Shown here piece by piece: positions 11,950 to 24,280 of a stretch of DNA of 64,000 bases. The DNA is from Lama glama (lineage: Eukaryota), in contig CM052816.1 in NCBI GenBank assembly GCA_028534125.1, positions 98,148,001 through 98,212,000 of the forward strand, written 5' to 3'. Every line of letters begins with the position of its first letter. Within the stretch, counting starts at the first letter, position 1. The notes under the pieces were generated by a model that did no database searches, was not told the DNA's origin, and saw only the letters and a program-made list of their open reading frames with translations. The position numbers and the translations under genes are program-made.

Positions 11950-13483
11950 TCTCCCAACAATGGCTCGCGGCAGCAGGGAGGGAGGCAGAGAGGCAGCCGC
12001 TGGGTGCCAGCTCCCAGCCGGATAGTAAATATTCATGTGAGACCACGAGGTTAAAAACTGCATTGTCAATGAATTTCCTTATTCTCGGTCAGCATTGCGC
12101 TGGGGGTGGGAAGGGAAGCTTGTTTATCTTAAGCCTAAAGCACAGATGCAAGAGCCCAAAACTCTTCAAGAAATTACCCAGGAAGCGCGTTTTGACGCCA
12201 TTAATGTCAGATCTTTCAGGACGTAGAAAGAATATAGGATTATCTTTATTCACAGCTATTATTACCATAATACTGCCTTGCCCAATGCATCTGTTTAATA
12301 ATACTGGGTCACAAGGGAATGTGACTAAAACCTGAGATCCAGTCAACATAAAAGTTAGGTCTTCTGAGCAGTATGACCTCTGGTCTTATGAACATGCTTG
12401 TACCTTCCTGTGAGGAGATTTTAGGATGACCAAATCTGAGGGTAGATGCCATGTCTATAACGAAGACATCTTCCCGGGCACGGCTGATAGCCGTCTGTTC
12501 TGCGTCAGGTAGGTGCAGAAGGGAAGGACAGGCCCCAGCCACAACAAATTCAAGTGAAACCTTGAACTTGGCCTTGAGCACTTTGTCCCCAGAACCTGAC
12601 TGCAGAAGCCCAAGGCCCCGGAAGCCAGCAAGATGGTTACTGAAGGTACCACTTCTTTCTGAAACTCACCTTTCATTTCTTTCTTCTTTTTCACCAGCTC
12701 GTCTGGGATGTGTCCCCATCAGAGTCCAGTGTATTCACCTGCTGGTCTGGTTTCTACAGAGACCAACTCTGCTCTGTTTTCGGCACCTTTCTTTCCCTTC
12801 AGTTCACCTGGGTCTGGGATTCCCAGGGAAGGCCCGTCGGGCTCTGGATTGGTCTCACTGCTGGTGTGCAGTGGGTGAGAAACCGGGCTCCTTTTGACCT
12901 AATTGTATAGTTCCACAAGGGGACCCTAGGCTGCTGATCGGCTCCTTGGATCCTCGAAGGAGAATCATTTCATGGCAACGGGGCTGCTTCAAGACAGAGG
13001 AAGGCTTTCCATGTTAGCACTTGTAAGAGTATTTAATTAAGTGTTAAGTAACTGTTGTAATTGCATTACCTACAGCTTACTTGATTATTTAATTCAGCCT
13101 GTTGAGAAATTAATTACTATTTAATCAGTGCTGTCATTTAAAGGACAGGCATAATCACCAAGGTTCTGTGCTGGTGATGACACACTACCGTTGCTTTGCT
13201 CCGTCTGATGTGGTCTCACAGCTGGCGGCCTCGTTCCTATTGGCCCATTAGATCCCCCAGACCCAGATGAATGTGGGCTGGGACTCAGCAGGGCACCTGC
13301 AGGCAGCCTCTAGATACACATTAAGGTCTGCAGGTCACAGAGGGACATTGCCAGTCTTGTAACATCTCCGTGAGTTTCTCTGGGGCAGGAGCGTCTTCAA
13401 TGGTGAATGTCACAGTAGGTGGTAGAAGACCAAAGCCGTAGTTTAAAATTTCCAGGGGGCCAGTATTGTTTGAAGGGGAGGGC

Positions 13484-14830
13484 TGAGAAAATTCTGCAAA
13501 AGAAACTTTCATGAAAAGGGGAAGATAAGCCATACCCTGGAAGAAAATCTTTGCAAAAGACGTATCAGGTAAAGGACTATCCAAAGAGCTCATAATTCAA
13601 CAGTGAGGAAATGAAGAACCTGGTTAAAAGTGGGCAAATCTGCCCATTTTGAGGATTAACAGATACATTCTACTATATATAACATAGATAAACAACAAGG
13701 ATCTATTGCCTAGCACAGGGAACTCCAGTCAGTGGCTTGTAATGACCCATAATGGGAAAGAATCCAAAAAAGAATATATATATATATGGATATGAATCAC
13801 TTTGCTGTACACTTGAAACTAACGTAACATTGTAAATCAGCTCGATGTCAATTAAAAAAATTGGCAAAAGGCCTAAACAGACACCTCACAGAAAAAGAAA
13901 CACAGATAGCTAGTAAATACGTGAGAAGGTGCCCACATCACATGTCAACAGGCACGTGTAACCTGAAACAGCACTGAGGTGCCACGACCCAGCTATTAAA
14001 ATGGCCCAGATCCAGGGTGCTGACACCATCAAGTGCTGGCGAAGATGTGGGGCAGCAGAAGCTCTCACCTACTGTTGACGGGAATGCCAAGCGGTACAGC
14101 CACTTTGAAGGACAGCTGGGCAGTTTCTTACCAAACACGCTCTTACCGTATGTTCTGGCCGTGGAGATCCTTGGCATCCGCCCGAAGAAGCTGAAAGGTT
14201 ACATGTTCTTACAAAAACCTTCAAGCAAATGCTGATAGCAGTTTTATTCATAATTGCCAGAATTTGGAAGCAACCAAGACTTTTTTCAGTAGGTGGATAG
14301 GTAAGTAAAACTGTGGTATATTCAGACAACAGAATATTATTCAGTGTGAAAAGCAATCAACTATCCAGCCATAGAAAGACACAGAGGAACCTTAAATGCG
14401 TATCACTGAGTGAAGGAAGCCCACCTGAGAAGGCTACATTCTACACGATTCCAACTATGCGGCATTCCGGAAAAGGCAAAACTATGGAGACAGCAAAAAG
14501 ATCAGTGCGTTCTGGGTGTTAGGAGTGGAGAGGGATGAAGGGCTGTGAAACTGCTCTGTGTGACAGTAGAATGGATACATGTCATTACACATTTGTCAGA
14601 ACCCATAGAAGGCAGAGCATCAAAAGTGAACCGTGGATGCTGGGTGATAACGATGAGTCATCGTAGGGCCATCATTGTGACAAGTACCACTCTGGCGTGG
14701 GGTGTTGCTGGAGGGGGAGGTTGTGCATGTGTGGAGGCAGGGGTGTATGGGAACTCCCTGTAGTTGTCACACAATGTTGCTGTGATCCTGGAACTGCTCT
14801 TAAAAAGTAAAGTTTATTAATGAAAAAAAT
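13484..14830 (+). mobile_element. L1MC-like LINE, ORF2 end and 3'UTR
   Basis: tggaagcaaccaagac...aaactgtggtatattcagacaacagaatattattcag...ggaaaaggcaaaactatggagacag; A-rich end at about 14830. Confidence 0.88.
13648..13860 (+). mobile_element. 5'-truncated cetartiodactyl L1 tail nested in L1MC
   Basis: ataaacaacaaggatctattgcctagcacagggaact...gaatcactttgctgtacacttgaaactaac; polyA; degenerate TSD aaaagtgggcaaa/aaaattggcaaaa. Confidence 0.85.
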
Positions 14831-15344
14831 ACAGGAGAAAAGGCATGTAATGTCACAAGGTTACAGCAGATGCTTCGGGATCACTGGAGAATAATCCCCT
14901 TTAGTGGCACATAGCTGTATATTTGTGACTCTTTGCATAGAGCTGACCAAAGCTTTGACTAATTATGAAGATGGAGGCAGACACAGGTGAGGACTGAACT
15001 GGGCAGCCGGCTTTATTTTATCTTCTTGTGAGGCTGCTGGAAAAATTAGAATGCTGGCTGAGCGCTCTGGCCGGGCCAGGACAGAGGTTTCCAGTGTTCT
15101 GGGGCTCTATTGGTCAGCAGGATTTTGAAAACAGTATTACTGTGAAACCTTCCGACTCTGAGCGGGGAGGGTGTTTCCCACACCGTCTCTGGGGAGTTCT
15201 GTCTCGGCGGGAGGTGGGTGGTTCCTCCTGTGACTGGCCTGAGGCTGATGTTAAACCAAGGGACACCTGGAAAATGCTTGGGAAGGCTTCTCTCTGCAAA
15301 GATTTCAATTACATTCAGTGCACAGCGTTCTCAATTCGCCTTAT

Positions 15345-15540
15345 CAGAATGGCCGTGATTTACTGAGTGCCTCCTGTGTGCCAGGGATGTTTAATAGGAA
15401 CTCTACGGGAAAGTGTCGTCTTCCCGCTTGCAAGTGAGGAAGGGAGGCTCAGAGAGTCTGAGTGGCTTTCCTCAGTCCTCATCTGTAGTGAGCACAGATA
15501 ACACGGGAACCCCAGTTCTCGCCTCGCCAGCTCCAAGGCT
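15345..15540 (-). mobile_element. MIR SINE
   Basis: atttactgagtgcctcctgtgtgccagg...gtgaggaagggaggctcagagagtctgagtggcttt. Confidence 0.7.
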
Positions 15541-18500
15541 GGCGTTATCTTCGTGCCTCCCTGGAGTTTCTACTCCGTTCTGACCCAGCACCGGAAATTA
15601 CAGCCCAGCCACCCTGAGCTCTCTGAGCCACCTGGCCGACTCCACCGCCCGTCTCCCAGAAGGGCCTGCTTTAGCTATTAGACGGCTGTGCGGTGATGAT
15701 GCAGATGGGGACGGAGCCGAATGTCGAAGTCAAAGCTCTCTCTCCTTCACCTGAGACGCTGCTCACTGCCAGCGGCTGTTCCTGCTGCTTTTCGTGATGC
15801 AAACGACTTCATAAAACAACGTCTGACCCAGGACATCTTGGGATTCCTAAGAACCCCCACGGTGCTTGTCAACAAACAGAGCTCCCCCCCTAGAATGTTA
15901 GGTCTCGGCACTCACACCACACCAAGTACGGGGACTCTGTCACCGGCCGGAGCCAGAGAACCCGACCCCTCCGGCAGGAGCCCGCTTTATCTGCAGCAAC
16001 TCTGAGTGCGAGGAAGCCCTTTCTTCACGGTCCGTTGGACCATCCTTCCCTGTGTTTCCTCTTGTCAATGGCTGTCCTGCGTTTATAACCACACAGAACA
16101 GCGTCGCTCCCTGTTACATGCCAGTCACACAGACTTTTGGAGGTAGGGTAAGAGATCTTTTCCCAGGCCTCCTCAGCCATTTCTCGTTTGTGTGGGAAAC
16201 AGATCTCCTTCCTAACTGAAATGTGGATTAAGAACTCAGCTTTGGTGAACGTGGACAAGACAGGAGGGTGGTGGTGGATACACGGACAGGAGGAGAGCCA
16301 AATTCAAGGTCATCCTTAAGCCAAGAAGTGAGGGGTCTGACCCCAGTCTCCCCCAGCTGCCCCTCCCCTTGCCCAGACCCTCCCTATTTCCATGACGGGC
16401 TTACTTCTTACTTTCTGTTGTTGCCCTTCGCCTCCCACTGGGGAATATTTCTCAGCCTCAGCCTTGTAGGAAGTAGTGTAAGGGCTGACTTAACTCACAT
16501 AGACGTTAGCAAGAACGGACAAAACGCCTAGTCCTCACTTTCACATTTTAAGGGAATTTAACAGCTGACGTGGCATTTTCCCTGTAATATCAAGGCACAG
16601 AACGGCTGTGTGCATATTGCCTTGTGAATTAAATAAGTTAAACTTCCCCCGTTTTCCCTCATTCTATCGCCATTACCTCTAAACTGTGAAGAAATATGAA
16701 ATAACTATTTTCCTTTAGAGAACTCATCGTTTTCGATGTTTTTTCCTCTCATTTCTCCAAGTGTGCTCTGGAAGGGAAGAAAATCACATCAGCTTTAGAT
16801 CCTTTATTAATAGTGTTTGTGACTTGACCTGGGAATTTCTCTGCAGGTGGCAGGATACACTTAAACATTTAATTCACTTGTTTTCCCTACTGATGACCAT
16901 CTCATATCCAAATACCACTTCCCACTTGGATGTAAGAAAAAAAGCTCTTTTTATTAACCAGCAAAATAAACAGCTGACTCATTCTTATCTCTAATTCAGA
17001 TATGTTGAAATACTGGTATTTGTGTCATGTGACGTCTTTTTATTACTGCTTTAACTGCGAGATGGACGAGGCTGCTGCCTTTGTACCACTGAAGTCTGAT
17101 GTCTCACTGGGTCTGAAATCCAGAACAGATGGCAGATTGGTGCAGGTTTATTGTAAACGCAAGTCAGAAGTGCACTGGAAAAATTCTTAACAGGTGTGGA
17201 ATTCGTGGTGTTGCTTAAACGCAATTTAATTTCAAGATTTAAATGCTGGTATTTTCTGAGGAGTTCAGAAGAAGGTGAGAGGCATGCTGCACCCGGGACT
17301 GCAGTGTGCATAAATTAGCAGGGGAGGTACACGGGCAGGACCACTTTAAATGCATGAGTAATCTGTATTTCAGCATTTACAGTTGCCTCGTATAAATGAG
17401 GGGCAATTTCAATTCTGCCATCCCTGTAAGAAAGCCTGACATGTTTTGGTGTCTTCATTTAAAACGGTGCATGCTGTGTTCAACAGGACTTTTTACAGTA
17501 GATTTGTTAATCTATCATAATGAGAATATATAATGCAAAGGAAGTTTCGGGTTTTGTAGCTGGGCACAGGGTGCAATGCAGTTGAGAATACATTTTCCTG
17601 GCACCGAGAACAAATTACAATTTCCATAATGGGCTACAGTTCCCTGTAAAATACTTCTTATTTATTAAAAGTAAATGTTAAGTTGTTAACGGTATATCCT
17701 CTGCATTGCTCAAATTATCATTTTACGGCAAGAAATAAAATACTAATGGCAGTCATAAAAGCCTTTATACCAAAACATCAATTCACAACAGTTTGCTGCA
17801 GCGAGGTGTGAATCAATGGATGGCACAGTGTGGACCCAGCAGTCCCGAAGCCCAGAGCTGCAGACAGCCTGCTGGCTGTATCCCTGGGGCCAGGACCCTA
17901 GCCCATGACGTGCTTGCTGAACCAGGTCCATGGGGCTGTGAAGCCAAATGATGTTCATGTCCCGTGAGAAGGCAGCCGAACTCCGTGAGACGGTTGGTGG
18001 AGGTGGGAGAGTCTGTGCGTGCACGGTGCATGGTGAGCCTGTGAGTCGTGTTCAATTTGACTCTGCAGTTTCCACGGTGCCCCTGTGATGCTCTCATCTC
18101 TCTCCATGGGGATGAGCTGCACTTGCTGTGTCACTGGTCTGAACCCTAGAACATGCATCTAAGCTGAACAGACGTGGACTCATGCAAGCGAAGGGAAGTT
18201 TTGGTAAACCACAGCCAGTGTGCTCTTCTGCTAAGTGCACGGTGGTGGCTGCATGTTCCAGGCGAGGCGATTGTAGGATGGGAGAGCCTTCCTCCACGGG
18301 GATCCCTGAACCTCTGTACAGAGGAGTGTTGTCTGCACTTGCAGTGGACATTGTGAAAATTAGTGAAACGCAATCCAGTGCTGCATTAAACCACCCACGG
18401 ACAGAGAACCAACTCCTTAGGCTGATGAATTCGGGACATTGTGAAGCAGGTGTGGCCCACCACCTTCTTTCTGATCTGCACCGATGTCCCCTCTTCTCTC

Positions 18501-18849
18501 AGTCATGGGCCAGGTTCAGGGCACAGGTTCCGTCCTTGCCGGGGAAGCTTTGTGTGGTCCATCCCTGCTAGTGATGCTAACTCCGTGAATGTGGTTGAGT
18601 TCCCTTGGCAAGCTGCCTGAATGTCAGCTTCAATGTCAACTTCGTAATAATAAAGGCACTATTTTCATATTAATTATTTTTCTTAATGTTTTTTCCTAGA
18701 TGGCTTAGGTTGTGGATGAGGAAGAAAGGGTGGCATTCATTAGCCCCTTCAAATCTTACTAGAAACACTGTATCTATAAAATGAAAGCCTTGTGATAGAA
18801 ATACCCAGAAAAGTAAATAGCTTTTAGAGTGTGAAACAATATTGGCAAA

Positions 18850-19100
18850 TGATAAATAACAACAGCTCACATCTTCATAGAGCTCACTTGGTGCCAGACT
18901 TTGTTCCAAGTGCACTGTGTGTCTGTCTCTCTCTCAATATCTCTCCATCCACCCTCGTTTAGTCCCCATGACAACCTTCTGCTGTGGATACGGTTTCTCT
19001 CCTCATTGTCAAGGATGGGGAAACTGAGTCACAGAGAATGTAATCTGTCCACAGTAGGTAGCTTCCCAGTCTACATTTGACCCTATTGCCTTCTGAAACA
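18850..19100 (-). mobile_element. MIR SINE
   Basis: ataacaacagctcacatc...gtgccagactttgttccaagtgc...gatggggaaactgagtcacagaga. Confidence 0.75.
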
Positions 19101-19199
19101 TGATGGTTAAATACGAATTCCAGTAGGATGACTGAGTGGAATCAAGGGAACTGTCCACAACATAGAAGAAAAGACAGAGGATGTTGGAAGTTTGTTCGA

Positions 19200-20720
19200 G
19201 CACCATTCCCCATCTCTAGATCAAAGAGGACCTCCCACCTTTCTTCTGCTAACTTGCTGGTTTTACCTATGACATTTAGGTCTTTAGTTCATGACGATGT
19301 GGAGCAGGAATCTGGAGCCAGGTTTCCCAACAATCCTACTGAGCAACCTTTCTCCATGTCTGGTGGGGCCATCACTGTCACATAAGTTCCTGCGCATACA
19401 GGAGTCTGTGTCTGAACTCTGCTCTCTGTCTCTCGTTGGTCTTCTTTGCCTTTGTGCCATGAACTCATGGTTTTTATGACTAGACCTTTCTGAATGCCTT
19501 AGTAGACGCCTAAGATAATTCCTAGGCACTTTATAAAGGTGTTGCTTATGAGTGGTACCTAGGTTCTAGTTATATTTTTGGAGACATATTACATAATTTT
19601 TTAGACACTGACCCTGTGCCTTGCACCCTTCCTGAACATTATTAACTCTGGTAGACTGTTAATGACGCGGGCTTCTCTGTGTGATGAGCATGACTCCTTG
19701 AAATAATGGCAGCTGTATCTCTTCTTCTCTCATCCTCGTGCCTTGTGTTTATTTTTCTTCCTTACGAGCAAGTATGTTCAACTCTAGCGGTGACAGTGGG
19801 CTCCCCTCCTGATCTTAGTGGGAACACTGTGGGCCTTTCCATTCTTGCTTTTTATTAGATATTTTTATTTGATGAATTTCAAAACCCAGTTAAAATTATT
19901 TTTTGCATGAATTGAGAGATGCATATGATTTCTTTCTCCGTTAGTCTATTGATGTTATAAATTCGTGGGTTTTTAAATAGCAAAACATCTTGCATTCTTA
20001 GCATCGTTCTCCCTGCTCATGATTTCCATGTTCAATAATGTACTGTTGGATTTGGGCGGCCACTATGTTATTTAGGGATCATCATATCTACATTCATAAG
20101 GGAATAAGGCTATACATTTTATTACTTATATTGGTCTCCTTAGCTTTGGAATAAATATTATAGTAGCCTCATAAGGCGAACTGCATATTTTAAGCTTTGC
20201 ATTTTTTGAAATGACTTATTTAAGGAAGGAATTAACTTTTCCTTGAAATTTTGGTAGCACACACTTACAAAGCAAATTAAATGTATTTTGCTTTGTTTGT
20301 GCTGTGCTTTTATAAAGAAGACATCGATTTATTTACTATTTATGAATTATGCAAATTATGCTCTTGCCAGTTTGGTGTTTTGTATATTCCCATGAATGTA
20401 TTTAAACTGAGTTCTCAACTCTTTATGTGTAACTAGGTTTTCAAGTTTATTACTGGGTAATTGTTGATCTGTTCTTATGTTGTTATTATTTTAAATCTCT
20501 GTTGTACCTGTGATCATGTAGCCTTTTTGTTCCCCACGTTGTTTTTGCACATTTTACTTTTCCATCGGATCAGTTCTGCTAGTTGTCTATCTATATAATC
20601 TTTTAATATCACAGGTTTTGATTCTGTGCTCTCTCCTGTGATATTTCTATGTGTTTTTTGTAATCTTCTTGTTTATTTATAGTTTCCAGCTTTTCTTTTT
20701 CCATCTCCTTAAGTTAACAC
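19200..20720 (-). mobile_element. Highly decayed L1M ORF2 region
   Basis: T-rich antisense L1 motifs (tgatcttagtgggaac; aaacatcttgcattct; tatctacattcataagggaataaggc; tagcctcataaggcgaa). Confidence 0.6.
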
Positions 20721-20839
20721 AGGTGGTATTTCCTGATTTTAGCCAGTGAAGAGGACATGGAGTTAAACGTGTATTTTTGAGAGCTTCAGAGGCAACCCTT
20801 GGAAGAGTCAAAGGTCACTCTGTGGGACAACACTGTAGG

Positions 20840-21030
20840 GACGCTGGCTGGCTTCATCTTCCAGCCCCACTGCTTTCTGGCCATGTGACCCAGCAGGTGT
20901 CTCAGTCTGTCTGGGTCTAAGTTTCCTCATTTGGAAACTGAAATTAAAAATGTGTCTGCAGGTTTAAAATGAACTAGTCCTTTAGGCCTAGAATGGTTCC
21001 TGGACATAATGATGCTCAGTCAGTGTTACC
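20840..21030 (+). mobile_element. MIR SINE
   Basis: ccatgtgacccagcaggtgtctcagtctgtctgggtctaagtttcctcatttggaaa. Confidence 0.7.
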
Positions 21031-22058
21031 AAATGAGGATGAGGGTGGCAGCGGTGGCAGCAGGGTTGACCAGCTCCCGACGTGGCAATGAGGGATTCCT
21101 CACAGCTCGACTGCCCTCCTGTGTGCTCACTCACCAACGTCTGTGCTCTCCTCTTTCTAGATCCACAGTCTGACTGTATTTTCCAAGTCTTGCATCTAAG
21201 TGGGGCCACACGACTAATTCTCATCAGCGGGGTGTGAGACAAGGTGAAATGTGAAATACACAGCTCAAGGCCATTAACTGTGGGTGTGCCTTCACCTGCT
21301 CACCAGGCGACTGCAGCGGAGGAGGAGGCCCCGGAAGTCGGTGGAAGTTGAAATGTGTTCAGTGGTTACAGAGCATTTTAGCTTATGATTTCATCTCGCC
21401 TGAGGTTTAGTAATCTGTGGTTTCAAGGAGTTGGTTCATTTCTTCTATGTTGTTGAATGAATGAGCCCAAGACCGTCTGTTGTTTCCCTTGTTCTGTTTT
21501 CGTGGCTGTGGGATGTATGGTGACGTCAGCTATTTCATTCCTAATATTGCTGATTAATTTTTGTTAAAGATAAGGGCCCTCAAATCACAGTCCTGCTTAA
21601 AACAACGCCATGGATTTTCATTACCTGCATGACAAACTGCTAAGTCTATGCGCTCCATCCAGGGCATCTCCCAGCCTCACCCGTGTCTTTCTTGCTAGCC
21701 TCACCTTCCATCAGCCTCTGTCACCTTTGCAACCATCTGGAAATACTTGCAGCCAGAAACTCCTGTGGGTTCTCCTACTCTGGGTTTTTAATGTACCACT
21801 CCCTCTGCCTGCCAGCTTTTACCTCCACATCCTCACTTCTTTGTTTTAGTTCCTTGAGGGTTCATCGTGCTGTTGCTTCCTTTAAAAAGCCTAGAGGCAG
21901 AAGAAACAGAGAAGGGGCGGCGTGGTCAGGCAGCAGCTCACACGCTCACTCTCTGGTTCCCTGCCCCATTGCCTGGCTTTTCAAGTCTCGTCCTTCAACT
22001 TTGTGTCAATGGCATTGTTTTCTTTCTTTGAGGAGGAGGATGGTGACAGCACCAACAG

Positions 22059-22558
22059 NNNNNNNNNNNNNNNNNNNNNNNNNNNNNNNNNNNNNNNNNN
22101 NNNNNNNNNNNNNNNNNNNNNNNNNNNNNNNNNNNNNNNNNNNNNNNNNNNNNNNNNNNNNNNNNNNNNNNNNNNNNNNNNNNNNNNNNNNNNNNNNNNN
22201 NNNNNNNNNNNNNNNNNNNNNNNNNNNNNNNNNNNNNNNNNNNNNNNNNNNNNNNNNNNNNNNNNNNNNNNNNNNNNNNNNNNNNNNNNNNNNNNNNNNN
22301 NNNNNNNNNNNNNNNNNNNNNNNNNNNNNNNNNNNNNNNNNNNNNNNNNNNNNNNNNNNNNNNNNNNNNNNNNNNNNNNNNNNNNNNNNNNNNNNNNNNN
22401 NNNNNNNNNNNNNNNNNNNNNNNNNNNNNNNNNNNNNNNNNNNNNNNNNNNNNNNNNNNNNNNNNNNNNNNNNNNNNNNNNNNNNNNNNNNNNNNNNNNN
22501 NNNNNNNNNNNNNNNNNNNNNNNNNNNNNNNNNNNNNNNNNNNNNNNNNNNNNNNNNN
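22059..22558. other. Assembly gap (500 N)
   Basis: Run of exactly 500 N, so a placeholder gap of unknown true size. Confidence 1.
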
Positions 22559-23114
22559 AAACACTCAGTTGTTCCTGAGAAAAGCCGTAGCCGTTTCCGT
22601 GCAGCACGTTTCGCGGTGCTGCTCGCTCGTTCTTCTCCTCTGCCGCCTGCGCGCTCCTTCCCACCCATTGCTCCTTCCAGCGGGGGCCGTGTCTTAGTGC
22701 CCATCCGCCCGCGGGCTTAAGCGCCCGTCTCACCTTCATCGCGAGCCTGCTTGTTGGGCCGCTGCCGGCTGAAGTCAGGTGCTTGTAAGAGTCCTCTCTC
22801 TGCATCAGTCCTCCTCCTGCTCTCGCTCATTCCCCAGAAAAACGATACTGTGCTCTGTCTCACCTTAAAGTAAAACAAAAGGTAAAATAAAACTTCCCAA
22901 GAGTCTGTGTGCCGTTTTCCTCTGTCTGTCTTCGCTTCCCACTAGAAGATCACTCTGGCGTCTAAAAAGGCACCACGGGGAGTACAGGTGGAAGCAGGCG
23001 GAGAAGCTGGGAGGGAGCCACGGCCAGCAGGTGAAAGACGCCGGGGAGTCGTGTGGGAGTAGACGTGGGTGGGAGGGGCAAGACAGGTTCAGACCCTTAA
23101 TTTTCTCTTATGAG

Positions 23115-23442
23115 GATTTTTTAAAAAAAATTAAAAATTGCACAAGATTACGTAAGTTACAGATGTACAACGCAGCGATTCTCAGTTTTAAATGAAAGGC
23201 TATATTCCACTTACAGTTACGGCAAAATACTGGTTTCCTTGTGCTGTGTAACACATCCTTGAAGTTTATTTATTTCACACAAAGTGGTCTGTGTCTCCTA
23301 ATGCACTGCCCCGTCTTGCCTTTCTCTGCATCCTCCTCTTCCTCTCCCCACTGGTATCCGTGAGTCTGTTTCCTTTTCGTTATATTCACTAGTTTGTTGT
23401 ATTTTTTAGATTCCTCGTGTACATGATTTTACACAGTATATG
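23115..23442 (-). mobile_element. Cetartiodactyl-type L1 3' end
   Basis: T-tract then taagttacagatgtacaac...ttatattcactagtttgttgtattttttagattcc. Confidence 0.8.
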
Positions 23443-23479
23443 CTTAGCATAATAAGGATCGGACCCCCCGCCCTGTGCT

Positions 23480-24280
23480 TTCTTTCAGTCTCTTGTACTT
23501 CTTGCTCCTCCTTTTCAGCCACATGGCTCACTCCTTGGTTTTCTCCATCTGTTCTCATCCTTACGTGTTCTTACCCACACCTTTGCTTTAATACCATCAT
23601 GTGCGGGTGACTCCTCAAATCAGTCCCCAGCCCCATTCTCCCCTGATTGTGACTACTGGCCATCTCCATTTGCATGTCTGAGATGTGTTTTGATGGAACA
23701 TGGTTGGAAAGGCTCCTCTCACCTCCCATCTCAAGCCCGTCCTTCCCTCCATCTTCCCTGCCCAGTGGATGGCACTTCCGTGGGTGGCCAAGAGCTCAAG
23801 CCCAAGACCGTGGTGTTCTCTCTGGTTCTTTTCCCTCACGCTCCACCTTCAATCCATCAGCAAGGGTTTCCGGCCATGGATTTGAAATATACACGGGTCT
23901 GAACCTGTCTTGCCCCTCCCACCCATGTCTACTCCCACATGACTCCCCGGCGTCTTTCACCTGCTCGCCATGGCTCCCTCCCAGCTTCTCCGCCTGCTTC
24001 CACCTGTACTCCCCGTGGTGCCTTTTTACAGATGCCAGAGTGATCTTTTTGAATATAACCATCCTAGTTATTCCCCTGCTCAGGGTCTCCAGTGCCTTCT
24101 CATCCCCTCCAGGGTAAAATCCAAACTCATTATCACTGTCTTCAAGACCTGAAACAAGCCGGCCCTGCCACAACCCTCGCCCACCTGCTCACCGCACCCA
24201 GACCCCTCCCTCCTGTCCACACCGACCTGCCCCACAACAGGTGTCTGCTGTGCTGCTCCCACGTGCCAAGCCCTGCTCCA
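23480..24280 (+). mobile_element. L2 LINE fragment
   Basis: tgactcctcaaatc...catctccatttgcatgtct...caatccatcagcaag...gccagagtgatcttttt...taaaatccaaactc. Confidence 0.8.

Noticed and set aside
21521..21528. TGACGTCA CRE
   Set aside because: An isolated match inside a decayed L1 fragment with no supporting context.
21683..22805. Long ORFs (up to 345 aa) across the first gap
   Set aside because: Their length comes from 500 N translated as X.
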